A stretch of 64,000 bases of DNA from Clostridia bacterium (GTDB taxonomy: Bacteria > Bacillota > Clostridia > TANB77 > CAG-465): positions 49,467 to 113,466 of the forward strand of contig JAFXHJ010000002.1 in assembly GCA_017536445.1 (NCBI GenBank), in the 5' to 3' direction. Positions within the stretch are counted from its first letter, which is position 1; each line of letters opens with the position of its first letter. Below the pieces are notes generated by a model, which saw only the letters and a program-made list of their open reading frames with translations, did not search any database and was not told where the DNA came from. This document shows positions 47,665 through 57,199 of this stretch, in pieces. A program made the position numbers and the translations under genes.

Positions 47665-48207
47665 TTAATCAATTGTATCTATAAGTATGTTGTTTACATA
47701 TATTCCAACAAGCACCATTTTACCATTTTTAACTCTAACCTTAACATAGGCGTTTTCTATATTATCGTTAAGATATTTTTCTGCTGTTAAAGATTTGTTT
47801 TCGTTCATATAATATCTGGTCGGAGTTTCTATAGAATACTCTTTGGCCCAAGAATGATAAGAAGCAGTAGTTTCATAATAATTAGTTGTATCAGTTGGAC
47901 GTTCCTTACTAATTTGTTTGAAATATGCAAATCCATTAGGACGTACTCCTATAGTAACATAGCATGGATCGTTATAGTCTAAATCTAAGAAGTTAGAATA
48001 TGCGGGTATTGTATCCTCTTTGAAGGTTACATATAGGTAATTACCTCTAAACATATCATATGGATCATATGCTTGTACTTCAAATAAAAATTCTGTTCCA
48101 TCTTTAAGTGTATTTGTGTTTATAGCTATTGTGTATATTGGTATAAAGAATAGCATAAACATTGTAATTACATAAATAACAAATTTTTTGAACGGTAATT
48201 TAATCAT
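47665..48207 (-). CDS. GDYXXLXY-like domain protein, N-terminal TM anchor
   Basis: 'AYDPYDMFRGNYLYVTF' resembles the GDYxxLxY motif. Start set at MIKLPF (48207) with RBS ggaggtaat. Confidence 0.45.
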   Translation of the reverse strand: MIKLPFKKFVIYVITMFMLFFIPIYTIAINTNTLKDGTEFLFEVQAYDPYDMFRGNYLYVTFKEDTIPAYSNFLDLDYNDPCYVTIGVRPNGFAYFKQISKERPTDTTNYYETTASYHSWAKEYSIETPTRYYMNENKSLTAEKYLNDNIENAYVKVRVKNGKMVLVGIYVNNILIDTID

Positions 48208-49432
48208 TTTTATTACCTCCAATCTTTTTCTTAATAACTTTTCCACTTAATAAGAAACATGTACCAGCTATTAAGAACAATATGCTTTTAATACCAAAGC
48301 TTAATTCGGCGCTAATAAATCTAAACATTATTATTAATAGAACTAAAGATACACCTTGTTTTATTTCTGGATAAGAATTCTTTTGGTTACCAATAACAAT
48401 CTTATATATTCCAAGAGAAATTGCTATTAGATTTACTAAAACAAATAGGAATTCTGCTTGAAGCCCAGTAAATTGAGCCAATGCTATAAATGCAAATATA
48501 AAATATTCCTTTGGATTTTTATATGCTTCAGATAAGTATATAAATACACCAGCTAACGCTGCAAATAATAATGTATCAACATGTATAACTAGTTCTTCTG
48601 TAAACTCTAACATTTCTGCAGTTGTACAAGATAATAATAGATAGAACATAAATGCAAAAGATAATACCTTGTTTAATGGGTTTGTTTTATCAAATAATGT
48701 TTGAGTTAAGAAATATAGCATATATAAGTACATAAGAATAGATTCTGGATTAATCCATTCTTTGTGAGATATAAACAGTGTAGCAAGTATCACATTTGTA
48801 ATCCACATTAATATATTCTTATCATCATTTTTATCTTTTATGTAATTAATAAAGTTAGCTATAATTATAGGTAAAGCTAATATAAATGTTTTTAGTAAAG
48901 CTTCACTTTCAGCAGTATATGAATTTATAGCTACTAGTGAATAGATTACGGTACCCATGCTATATACAAGTACAGAAAGTTTGTTGAAAAGTATAAATGC
49001 AATAGGTAAAAACATTAGTAGCGATGTAAAGAATAATTCATATATTTCAGTTTGTATATGAAATATTTGCGCTATAAGCGAATTTGTAGCAATTATAGAC
49101 ACTGGAGCAAATATACTTGTGTATAATTGCAACTTTTTGTTTCCTTTATACATATATTCGTGTAACATATATGCTGTTATAGCTAAAGGTACAAAAGATA
49201 TAATAACTTTTAATCCTTTGGCTATGTTGTTCCAATTCATTGCAAATAATGTAATGATGCTAAGTGCAATTAAGAATATACCTATTGCACCAAAAACTGT
49301 GGACAAAGATTTGCTTTCCTTCTTTGTACCAAAATGTTCTTTTGCAGCTATAAATTGAATATCAGTAATGATACCATTATCTACAAGTTCGGTTAACTTA
49401 GAATTCAAAAAAATAGTTTCTTTTTTATTCAT
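48200..49432 (-). CDS. polytopic membrane protein (DUF2157-like)
   Basis: At least ten hydrophobic helices. Overlaps the downstream gene by 8 nt. Confidence 0.5.
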   Translation of the reverse strand: MNKKETIFLNSKLTELVDNGIITDIQFIAAKEHFGTKKESKSLSTVFGAIGIFLIALSIITLFAMNWNNIAKGLKVIISFVPLAITAYMLHEYMYKGNKKLQLYTSIFAPVSIIATNSLIAQIFHIQTEIYELFFTSLLMFLPIAFILFNKLSVLVYSMGTVIYSLVAINSYTAESEALLKTFILALPIIIANFINYIKDKNDDKNILMWITNVILATLFISHKEWINPESILMYLYMLYFLTQTLFDKTNPLNKVLSFAFMFYLLLSCTTAEMLEFTEELVIHVDTLLFAALAGVFIYLSEAYKNPKEYFIFAFIALAQFTGLQAEFLFVLVNLIAISLGIYKIVIGNQKNSYPEIKQGVSLVLLIIMFRFISAELSFGIKSILFLIAGTCFLLSGKVIKKKIGGNKND

Positions 49433-49459
49433 ATTTCCTCCTTTGTAAAACTGTTTAGA

Positions 49460-49747
49460 TTACAGATCGGTAGGAGTTTGATATAACTCTTCTAAGTTAG
49501 TAATAAAATCTGTGTATTCTTGGTCTTCATAACCAATATGGATTACTTCATCTATATCATCGTGATAGAAAAGATATTGGTTGCCTGCACCAATGTTTCC
49601 CATTGGGTATGGCACTGCGATATAGTCGTATTGATCACCATCTTCTAACCCGTTAGATTGTAGTATTCCAAATATCATTAATTTTTGATCTGAGTCATCT
49701 AGGGTAACAATTGATCCTAGTGGCAATAAATCACTAATATTTCTCAT
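49460..49747 (-). CDS. DUF4176 domain protein
   Basis: 'LPLGSIVTL...KLMIFG...DYIAVPYPMG' pattern typical of DUF4176. Confidence 0.55.
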   Translation of the reverse strand: MRNISDLLPLGSIVTLDDSDQKLMIFGILQSNGLEDGDQYDYIAVPYPMGNIGAGNQYLFYHDDIDEVIHIGYEDQEYTDFITNLEELYQTPTDL

Positions 49748-49896
49748 ATAATCCGCCTCCTATTAAGAAATAATTCACTAGTTTCATTATAACAGAAAAT
49801 AAATAAATATGTAAAGCGTAGTAAGCAATATTGACGACTCTTTTTGGTTTGTGAAAACATGTGGTTTCTGGTATAATATATATATGAGGTGGTAAT

Positions 49897-50664
49897 ATGC
49901 TAAGTAGAGCCGAAATTGTAGAAATTTTAACTAATATAACTACAGAAGACAATAAAGAAAGAATTGAAGAATTAAAAGGGAAAATAGACAAAGTGTCTGA
50001 TGCGGAACTTGAAAAAATATTAAAAGAAAGAAAAATAAAAAGTGCAAGAGATGTAAGAAAAGTAGTGGAGGGGAAAGAAAAGAAACCAAGAATGACAAGA
50101 CATAAATTTGAAAACTTAAACGATGTAGTGTCATTTGGTATAACAGACGAAACGTTACATATACATTTAATTCCTGAAGATGCTAGTCATATGCTAACTA
50201 GAGAAGGACGTAAAGAAGCACAAAGAGCTTTAATAGATGCGATGGAAAAGATAAAAGCAAAACTTGTAGGAGATAAAAAATACGAAAGAATAAAACATGT
50301 ATATGCGGTATCGCCAATAATGACAGGAATAGTTTCTAGATGGTTTAAGGAACTTGGTTTTGATGTAAAAACACTACCGATGGAGCAAGCAAAAGAAGAT
50401 AAAGAATTAGCAAAATTTACTGGAAGATTTGATGGCGCTCAGAAATTAGGTAGAGCAAATTTACCTAAGGATGAATTAATGACAGAAGAGTGGGAACATA
50501 GAAAAGATGAAGTAAAATCAAAACTTTCACCTTCAAAAGAAGGTGGAATAATAGAAACACTTCAAACAATGACAAATACAGATCAGGAAATTGTACATAC
50601 TTCAGATAAGATAGAGATAAGAACACCAGAAACACGTGAAAGTAGAACGGAAGTTATAGAGTAG
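49897..50664 (+). CDS. hypothetical protein
   Basis: 255-aa ORF with RBS gaggtggtaatATG. Confidence 0.5.
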   Translation: MLSRAEIVEILTNITTEDNKERIEELKGKIDKVSDAELEKILKERKIKSARDVRKVVEGKEKKPRMTRHKFENLNDVVSFGITDETLHIHLIPEDASHMLTREGRKEAQRALIDAMEKIKAKLVGDKKYERIKHVYAVSPIMTGIVSRWFKELGFDVKTLPMEQAKEDKELAKFTGRFDGAQKLGRANLPKDELMTEEWEHRKDEVKSKLSPSKEGGIIETLQTMTNTDQEIVHTSDKIEIRTPETRESRTEVIE

Positions 50665-50731
50665 ATAAAAACAAAGTAAATAATAAAAAGCGGAGATTAT
50701 CTCCGCTTTTCTTCGTTTTAAACTAATTTAA

Positions 50732-51307
50732 TTAAGTATCTGAACTTAGCATAGCTTCTATCAATGATAGCGTGTTGCTAGTTTTTGTCGTGTGGATAGT
50801 GTGGATAATACCAACATTATTTGCACCGACAACATTCTCTTGTGTATCGTCAACAAAGCAAATTTCCTCTGGTTTAACATTAAGCGTTTCTAACATCTTA
50901 TTATAGAATTCAGCTTCAGGTTTAACTGTGTTTAACTCTGCTGAGATAAAGATTTCATCAAACAAATCTTGTCCAAAGGCCTTAAGTATAAATTCTTTAA
51001 CACAAGATATATGGTTTGTAGCAACTACAAGCTTAATATCTTTATGTTGTTCCTTGAATTTACTAAGTTCGCCTAAAGTTATTTTCAAAGAATATATTGA
51101 ATTGCATATATATTTACATCTTTCTTTAAGACTGTTAATGTCCAAACTTGGAACGATTTCAGTTGCTTGTGAAGAGAATTCAAAATCACTTCTGTTCTTT
51201 CCAAACAACCTTTCTAGTTTTTCATTAGTTTTATCTAAAACGAAGTCGTTTTCTTTTACAAGTACCCCGACTAAGTCGAGTGCGATAACTTTTATCAAAT
51301 TAATCAC
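50732..51307 (-). CDS. HAD-superfamily hydrolase
   Basis: Motif I 'VIALDLVGVLV'. Motif IV 'FVDDTQENVVGANNVGI'. Confidence 0.65.
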   Translation of the reverse strand: MINLIKVIALDLVGVLVKENDFVLDKTNEKLERLFGKNRSDFEFSSQATEIVPSLDINSLKERCKYICNSIYSLKITLGELSKFKEQHKDIKLVVATNHISCVKEFILKAFGQDLFDEIFISAELNTVKPEAEFYNKMLETLNVKPEEICFVDDTQENVVGANNVGIIHTIHTTKTSNTLSLIEAMLSSDT

Positions 51308-51412
51308 CTTGTCACTTATTATACCACAAAAAAATAAAAATGGAATACAAAAATCAAATTATGTGAAATTAAATCAAATATTAAAACTAAGTCACGTGAA
51401 GTGTGCTTTTCG

Positions 51413-51441
51413 TTGACAAACAGCCCATTCTATGAGATAAT
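51413..51441 (+). promoter_or_regulatory. promoter for metG (TTGACA-17-GATAAT)
   Basis: Read directly. Confidence 0.5.
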
Positions 51442-51492
51442 TATATGCAGTGAAAAAGGTGTAAAAATATTGTGAAACAAGGAGGAGTTAAT

Positions 51493-53424
51493 ATGACAGA
51501 AAAAGAAAAATTTTATATAACAACAGCGATAGCATACACATCTAAAAAACCTCATATTGGAAATACATATGAGATAATTTTAACAGACGCAATAGCGAGA
51601 TTTAAAAAGATGCAAGGTAAAGATGTATTCATGTTAACTGGAACAGATGAACACGGTCAAAAAATACAAGAATTAGCTGAAAAAGCAGGAATAGCTCCAA
51701 AAGCATATGTAGATAATGTTGCTGGAGAAATAAAAAGAATATGGGATTTAATGAATGTAGAATACGATCATTTTGTTCGTACAACAGATGATTACCATGA
51801 AGAAACTGTACAAAAAATATTCAAAAAGCTATATGATCAAGGAGATATTTATCTTGGAGAATATGAAGGAATGTATTGTACACCATGTGAATCATTCTTT
51901 ACAGAATCTCAATTAGTAGATGGAAAATGTCCAGACTGCGGAAGAGAAGTTAAACCTGCAAAAGAAGAAGCATATTTCTTAAAATGCAGTAAATACCAAG
52001 ATAGATTAATTGAATATATTGAATCTCATCCGGGATTTATTGAACCAGAATCTAGAAAGAAAGAAATAATGAACAATTTCTTAAAAGCAGGTCTTCAAGA
52101 CCTGTGCGTTTCTAGAACGTCATTTACTTGGGGAATACCAGTAAGCTTTAACCCTAAGCATGTTACATATGTATGGATAGATGCTTTAACAAACTATATA
52201 ACAGCTTTAGGTTACAAATTAGATTCAAAATCTGAACTATACAATAAAAATTGGCCAGCAGATGTACATGTAATTGGTAAAGATATATTAAGATTCCATT
52301 CAATATATTGGCCAATAATACTAATGGCATTAGGTGAGCCATTGCCTAGGAAGATATATGCTCATGGCTGGATGTTATTTGGCGAAGATAAGATGAGTAA
52401 ATCTAAAGGAAATGTAATCTATGCAGATGAACTTGCAGAAGAATTTGGTGTAGATGCAGTTAGATATTATTCTTTATCTGAAATGCCTTATGCTCAAGAT
52501 GGAAGCATCACATACGAAGCCGTAATATCTAGATATAATTCAGATCTTGCAAACACATTAGGAAATCTAGTAAACAGAACGGTTGCGATGGTTAATAAAT
52601 ACTTTGAAGGAACAGTATATTTACCAGGTGAAGAAACTGATGTAGATAAAGACTTAAAAGCATTTGTTAAAAATACAGTAGATACATACATTGCTAAGAT
52701 GGATGAATATAGAGTGGCAGAGGCTATTGAAACAGTAATGGATTTAGCTAGAAGAAGCAATAAATATATAGATGAAACAACTCCATGGACATTAGCTAAA
52801 GAAGACACAGAAAGATTAAAAACAGTATTATTTAATCTTTTAGAGGCTATTAAAGTTATTGCAACTTTAATATTCCCAGTAATGCCTGAAACAGCTAAGA
52901 AAATAGCTGAGCAAATAAATGTAGAAGAGGTAACATTAGATTCTGTTAAAGAATTTGGTGTAAATGCTGCTGAAAGAAAAGTAGGTACTGCAACTCCATT
53001 ATTTGCTAGAATAGATGAAAAAGAAAAGTTAGAAGAATTAACTAAGAAAATGGAGGCTAAAAAGGAAGCGGCTAAAGCAGAGGAACCAAAAGATGTTAAA
53101 GAAGAAATAACTTTTGATGAATTTGGTAAAACTGAACTTAGAGTGGCTAAAATACTTACAGCAGAAAGAATAGAAGGAGCCAACAAGCTATATAAAATAA
53201 CTGTTGATCTTGGATATGAACAAAGAACAGTAGTATCTGGACTTGTACCATATTACAAAGAAGATGAGTTAATAGGAAAGAAAGTAGTGCTTGTAGCTAA
53301 TCTAAAACCAGCTAAATTAAGAGGAATTGAATCTAGAGGAATGATACTTGCAGCAGGTGAAGGAGATAATATTAAGCTTGTAACAGTAGACGGAGATATG
53401 GAACTAGGGGCATTAGTTTGTTAA
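51493..53424 (+). CDS. metG: methionine--tRNA ligase with C-terminal tRNA-binding (EMAP-like) domain
   Basis: HIGH motif 'PHIGN', KMSKS present, zinc knuckle CTPCE...CPDCG, C-terminal 'ELRVAKIL...GLVPYY'. Start at ATG 51493 with RBS aaggagg. Confidence 0.95.
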   Translation: MTEKEKFYITTAIAYTSKKPHIGNTYEIILTDAIARFKKMQGKDVFMLTGTDEHGQKIQELAEKAGIAPKAYVDNVAGEIKRIWDLMNVEYDHFVRTTDDYHEETVQKIFKKLYDQGDIYLGEYEGMYCTPCESFFTESQLVDGKCPDCGREVKPAKEEAYFLKCSKYQDRLIEYIESHPGFIEPESRKKEIMNNFLKAGLQDLCVSRTSFTWGIPVSFNPKHVTYVWIDALTNYITALGYKLDSKSELYNKNWPADVHVIGKDILRFHSIYWPIILMALGEPLPRKIYAHGWMLFGEDKMSKSKGNVIYADELAEEFGVDAVRYYSLSEMPYAQDGSITYEAVISRYNSDLANTLGNLVNRTVAMVNKYFEGTVYLPGEETDVDKDLKAFVKNTVDTYIAKMDEYRVAEAIETVMDLARRSNKYIDETTPWTLAKEDTERLKTVLFNLLEAIKVIATLIFPVMPETAKKIAEQINVEEVTLDSVKEFGVNAAERKVGTATPLFARIDEKEKLEELTKKMEAKKEAAKAEEPKDVKEEITFDEFGKTELRVAKILTAERIEGANKLYKITVDLGYEQRTVVSGLVPYYKEDELIGKKVVLVANLKPAKLRGIESRGMILAAGEGDNIKLVTVDGDMELGALVC

Positions 53425-53439
53425 TAAGGAGTAAATAAA

Positions 53440-54057
53440 TTGAAAAACGGTTGGATAAAAGAGACTGTTGAATGGATAGTTTGTTTTATTATTGCATATG
53501 TAATTTATTTAGTAATAAATTACTTTGTAGGTACAGTTGCAGGAGTAAAGCAAAGTTCTATGTATCCAACATGTCATGAAGGAGACAGAGTTGTAATAGG
53601 AAGAAGAATACTATACAACAAAAAATTAAAAAGAGGAGATATAGTAATTGTAGAATCTCCATATATAACAGAAAATAACACAGAATTACTTGCAACTTAT
53701 GATAATAAAACTGGTTTTGCTAAATTTGCATATAATGTAATGGGAATTGGCAAAATGAGTTTCATAAAAAGAGTAATTGGACTTCCAGGAGAACATTTAT
53801 ACATTTCAGAAGATGGATATGTATATATAAATGGAGAAAAATTAGATGAACCATATTTAACAGAAGGACTAAAAACTCCAAGAATGGGAGACGTATATGA
53901 TATAAAAATACCAGAAGGTTATGTATTTTGTATAGGGGATAACCGTGAAGGTAGTATGGACTGTAGAATGTTTGGTGCAGTACCATTGGACAAAGTAGAA
54001 GGTAAAGTTATATGTAGAATATGGCCTTTAAATAAATTTGGCAAAATAGATAAGTAA
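53440..54057 (+). CDS. lepB: signal peptidase I
   Basis: Ser box 'SMYPT', Lys box region, 'GDNREGSMDCR' box E. TTG start with RBS aaggag. Confidence 0.9.
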   Translation: MKNGWIKETVEWIVCFIIAYVIYLVINYFVGTVAGVKQSSMYPTCHEGDRVVIGRRILYNKKLKRGDIVIVESPYITENNTELLATYDNKTGFAKFAYNVMGIGKMSFIKRVIGLPGEHLYISEDGYVYINGEKLDEPYLTEGLKTPRMGDVYDIKIPEGYVFCIGDNREGSMDCRMFGAVPLDKVEGKVICRIWPLNKFGKIDK

Positions 54058-54068
54058 GGAGAAAAGAT

Positions 54069-54896
54069 ATGTTTGAGAAAATAATAGGACATAATGAGTC
54101 AAAAAAAATACTTGAAAATGACATCGTAAATGGCAAAGTTTCTCATGCATATCTTTTTTCGGGCATAGAAGGAATAGGCAAGAGGGAATTAGCGTTAGAG
54201 TTTGCAAAAGAGTTACTTAATACAGAACATTTAAATGCATGTATAGATTTTAAGTATATAGAGAAAGCAGAAGATAGCACGGTAATAAAGGTAGAACAAA
54301 TAAGAAAAGCTTTGGCGGATGATGTACATATAGCACCAGCTACTTGTGATAGAAAAGTATATATAATAAACGACGCTCATTTAATGAATGAAGAAGCTCA
54401 AAATGCAATATTAAAAACATTAGAAGAACCACCGTCATATGTAGTAATAATATTAGTTACACACACAGAACAACAATTGTTAACAACGGTAATGTCTAGA
54501 GTAAAGCTAGTTAAGTTTTCTAAATTGGATGAACCGGATTTAGATGTGTTAACGGACAAAATAACAGGTAAAAAATTAGATGTATTAAAACACGAATATG
54601 CAAATGGTTCTCTAAAAATTGCACTCGAACTATTAAAAGATGATAATAAATATGATAAAATAAAAGCAGTTGTAGATAAAATTACATTTAAAGACAAACT
54701 AGGTACAATGAATGCATTAGCAGAAGTGAGCTTCAAAGATGAAGAAACATTTAAATATTTTGAATACATATTCTTAAGAAATAAAATGTATAGCTTGGTG
54801 CCAATAGTAGAATATGCGAAGAATCGTATGAATGAGAATGGCAATGAGGATATGATAAAAACAGCATTTATGCTAAAAGTTTTAAGAAAGGAGTAG
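54069..54896 (+). CDS. holB: DNA polymerase III subunit delta'
   Basis: 'HAYLFSGIEGIGK' P-loop-like. Conserved holB-ricT gene order. Confidence 0.85.
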   Translation: MFEKIIGHNESKKILENDIVNGKVSHAYLFSGIEGIGKRELALEFAKELLNTEHLNACIDFKYIEKAEDSTVIKVEQIRKALADDVHIAPATCDRKVYIINDAHLMNEEAQNAILKTLEEPPSYVVIILVTHTEQQLLTTVMSRVKLVKFSKLDEPDLDVLTDKITGKKLDVLKHEYANGSLKIALELLKDDNKYDKIKAVVDKITFKDKLGTMNALAEVSFKDEETFKYFEYIFLRNKMYSLVPIVEYAKNRMNENGNEDMIKTAFMLKVLRKE

Positions 54897-54898
54897 CT

Positions 54899-55750
54899 AT
54901 GGAGGAAATATTAGGAGTAAGATTTACCAAAACTGGAAGATTACATTATTTCTATAAAAATAATCTAGAAGTAAAAGTAGGAGATACAGTTGTTGCTAGT
55001 TCTGAAAGAGGATTAGATTTAGGTAGAGTAGTAAGCATAAAAGATAAAGAAAACATAGCATTAGAACAAGACGAGTCTATAGGAAAAGTAGAAAGAATAG
55101 CTACTAAAGATGATATAGATAAACAAAGAAATTTAGATAGTAAAGCACGTGAAGTGTTAGATACTTGTAAAAAACTTGCTAAAAGATATAATTTAGATAT
55201 GAAATTCATCAAAGCATCATATACTTTTGATGAAAGCAAATTAACTTGTTATTTTGTAGCGGAAGATAGAGTGGACTTTAGAGAAGTCGTAAAAAGTTTG
55301 GCTGCAGAATATAGAACAAGAATTGAGTTAAGACAGGTAGGACCACGCGATGAAATTAAGGCTTACGATAATATAGGAAGCTGCGGAAAAGAAGTATGTT
55401 GTAGAACATTTTTACCGGACTTTGAAACAGTAAATATAAAGATGGCAAAAGAACAAGGACTTCAAATAAATATGCAAAAACTATCTGGAAATTGTGGTAG
55501 ACTTAAATGTTGTTTAAAATATGAAGAAGAAGTATATAAAGAAAAACTAAAAGAATTACCTAAAGTAAATGCACAAGTTAAATATAATGGAGAAACTTGT
55601 AAAGTTGTAGCTCTAGATATATTAAAAGAAAGAGTTAGATTAAAAATAGGTCCGCAAGGCGAGGAACGCTTTGAAATGGTTGATGTAAAGGATATAGAAT
55701 TTGAACCAAGAAAAGCAGAAAGCAAAGAACCTAAAAAAGAACAAGAATAA
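54899..55750 (+). CDS. ricT: PSP1 domain protein / stage 0 sporulation protein YaaT (RicT)
   Basis: PSP1 C-terminal domain pattern with Cys cluster (CGKEVCCRTF...CGRLKCCL). Synteny with holB. Confidence 0.8.
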   Translation: MEEILGVRFTKTGRLHYFYKNNLEVKVGDTVVASSERGLDLGRVVSIKDKENIALEQDESIGKVERIATKDDIDKQRNLDSKAREVLDTCKKLAKRYNLDMKFIKASYTFDESKLTCYFVAEDRVDFREVVKSLAAEYRTRIELRQVGPRDEIKAYDNIGSCGKEVCCRTFLPDFETVNIKMAKEQGLQINMQKLSGNCGRLKCCLKYEEEVYKEKLKELPKVNAQVKYNGETCKVVALDILKERVRLKIGPQGEERFEMVDVKDIEFEPRKAESKEPKKEQE

Positions 55751-55788
55751 TAATATAAAAAATATAAGAGGGAAGGAAGTGAAAATTA

Positions 55789-55961
55789 TGGCATATAGAA
55801 TAAGCGATGATTGTATAGGCTGTGGAGCATGTATGGCTGAATGCCCAGTAGGTGCAATATCTGAAGGCGATGGCAAATGTGTTATTGATCCTGAAAAGTG
55901 CATAGGATGCGGAACATGTGCAGGTGTTTGCCCAGTAGGAGCACCAGCTGAAGAAGAATAA
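55789..55961 (+). CDS. 2x[4Fe-4S] ferredoxin
   Basis: CIGCGACMAECP and CIGCGTCAGVCP motifs. RBS ggaaggaagtg. Confidence 0.85.
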
Positions 55962-55974
55962 ATATATATAATGA

Positions 55975-56013
55975 CAAAACACTTTGTATTTTAATAATAC
56001 AAAGTGTTTTGTT
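55975..56013. terminator. bidirectional terminator
   Basis: 16-bp stem caaaacactttgtatt/aatacaaagtgttttg. Confidence 0.7.
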
Positions 56014-56014
56014 G

Positions 56015-56476
56015 TTAATATTTAAACTTAAATAAATCTAACGTTTTATGGTAAATCTTTTTATACCATGGTTCTTTAGGCATTTCTATTAATTGAGTTG
56101 TGGTATTATTAGACAATTCAATATCTTCACCTGTTATTATCGGAGAAGAATTAAACATTCCATTTGTGTCAGCTTGAGCTATTCCTAGAGTTTCAGAATA
56201 AAGCCTAGCTTCTTTTTCTTTATCTATAAGATGTTTTCGTTCTTCTGGAGAAGTTAGGAAATCTCTATATAATAACGCGAGTATAGCTTGAGTATTAGGC
56301 ATTAAACCATCTTCCCAATTTTCACTTAAGAAATCTATTCTAGCCACGTATTCTTCAGATTTATTAGTGTTGAACAAATCTATTAGTCTTGTAGGTATTT
56401 TTTCTAAAACTGAAGGTGATGAGTGATTTAATACTTCAACAACTTCTACAAAAGATTCTTGATATTCTTTAGTCAT
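56015..56476 (-). CDS. hypothetical protein
   Basis: 153-aa ORF. RBS not examined. Confidence 0.5.
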   Translation of the reverse strand: MTKEYQESFVEVVEVLNHSSPSVLEKIPTRLIDLFNTNKSEEYVARIDFLSENWEDGLMPNTQAILALLYRDFLTSPEERKHLIDKEKEARLYSETLGIAQADTNGMFNSSPIITGEDIELSNNTTTQLIEMPKEPWYKKIYHKTLDLFKFKY

Positions 56477-56490
56477 ATTTTTTACCTCCG

Positions 56491-57063
56491 TTATTTAACT
56501 TGTTCAAGAGGTTTATCTCTTCTTGCCAGCTTTTCTACATCTAAGAAAGATGGTGAGTCTGTTAGGAAAGTTTCACGTATTCTTGGATTGTATTTTTTAT
56601 AGATGATAGCAAACATAGCTTCGTCAATTGTTCCTAAAGGTGTGCTATTTAAATCTTCTAATGGTAAATCCTTTTTAGGTAAAACAGTTTGCTTAACATC
56701 TTTTTTTGCTGCTTCTAAAGGTTTAGAGTTCAAATCTTCTAAAGTTGGTTCTACTTCTTTTTTAGGAACAACCTCGCCTAGGTCTATTTCAATGTCCTCT
56801 AATGGAGCATCATTTAAATCTTTTAATGTTGGTTCGTTTTTAGGTGATTCAGTTACAGGAACCACTTCTTCCTTAGCTGGAGCCAAGGGTTCGCTGTTTT
56901 CTTTATATCTTGCAAGCACATCATCTATCATAGAAAGGACTTGCTTGTTTTTTGCATATTTAATACGAGCATTATCTACTGAAATGTGCTCGCGTTTTCC
57001 ATCAATACATATGTATAATAGTGTTTCGTCTATTATATCTACATCAATATTTGAGTCTATCAT
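56491..57063 (-). CDS. hypothetical protein with three internal 'LEDLNSxPLE' repeats
   Basis: Repeats TLKDLNDAPLEDIEID / TLEDLNSKPLEAAK / PLEDLNSTPLGTIDEA. Confidence 0.5.
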   Translation of the reverse strand: MIDSNIDVDIIDETLLYICIDGKREHISVDNARIKYAKNKQVLSMIDDVLARYKENSEPLAPAKEEVVPVTESPKNEPTLKDLNDAPLEDIEIDLGEVVPKKEVEPTLEDLNSKPLEAAKKDVKQTVLPKKDLPLEDLNSTPLGTIDEAMFAIIYKKYNPRIRETFLTDSPSFLDVEKLARRDKPLEQVK

Positions 57064-57199
57064 ATAGGCACTCCTCCTTACATAATATTATTAGAAAATT
57101 AAAAATAAGTCAATAAATATGTTAATAAAAAGAGAAGAATATATAAAAATAACAGCTTGGAAAACCAAACTGTTATTTTTGTTATATATTTAATACTTA

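Noticed and set aside
51300-51492. Possible T-box leader upstream of metG
   Set aside because: No T-box consensus (AATTAGGGTGGNACCGCG) or specifier/antiterminator arrangement found; only a plain promoter and RBS are visible.
52494-53186. 230-aa Ser/Leu-rich minus-strand ORF
   Set aside because: Antisense to metG, low-complexity translation.
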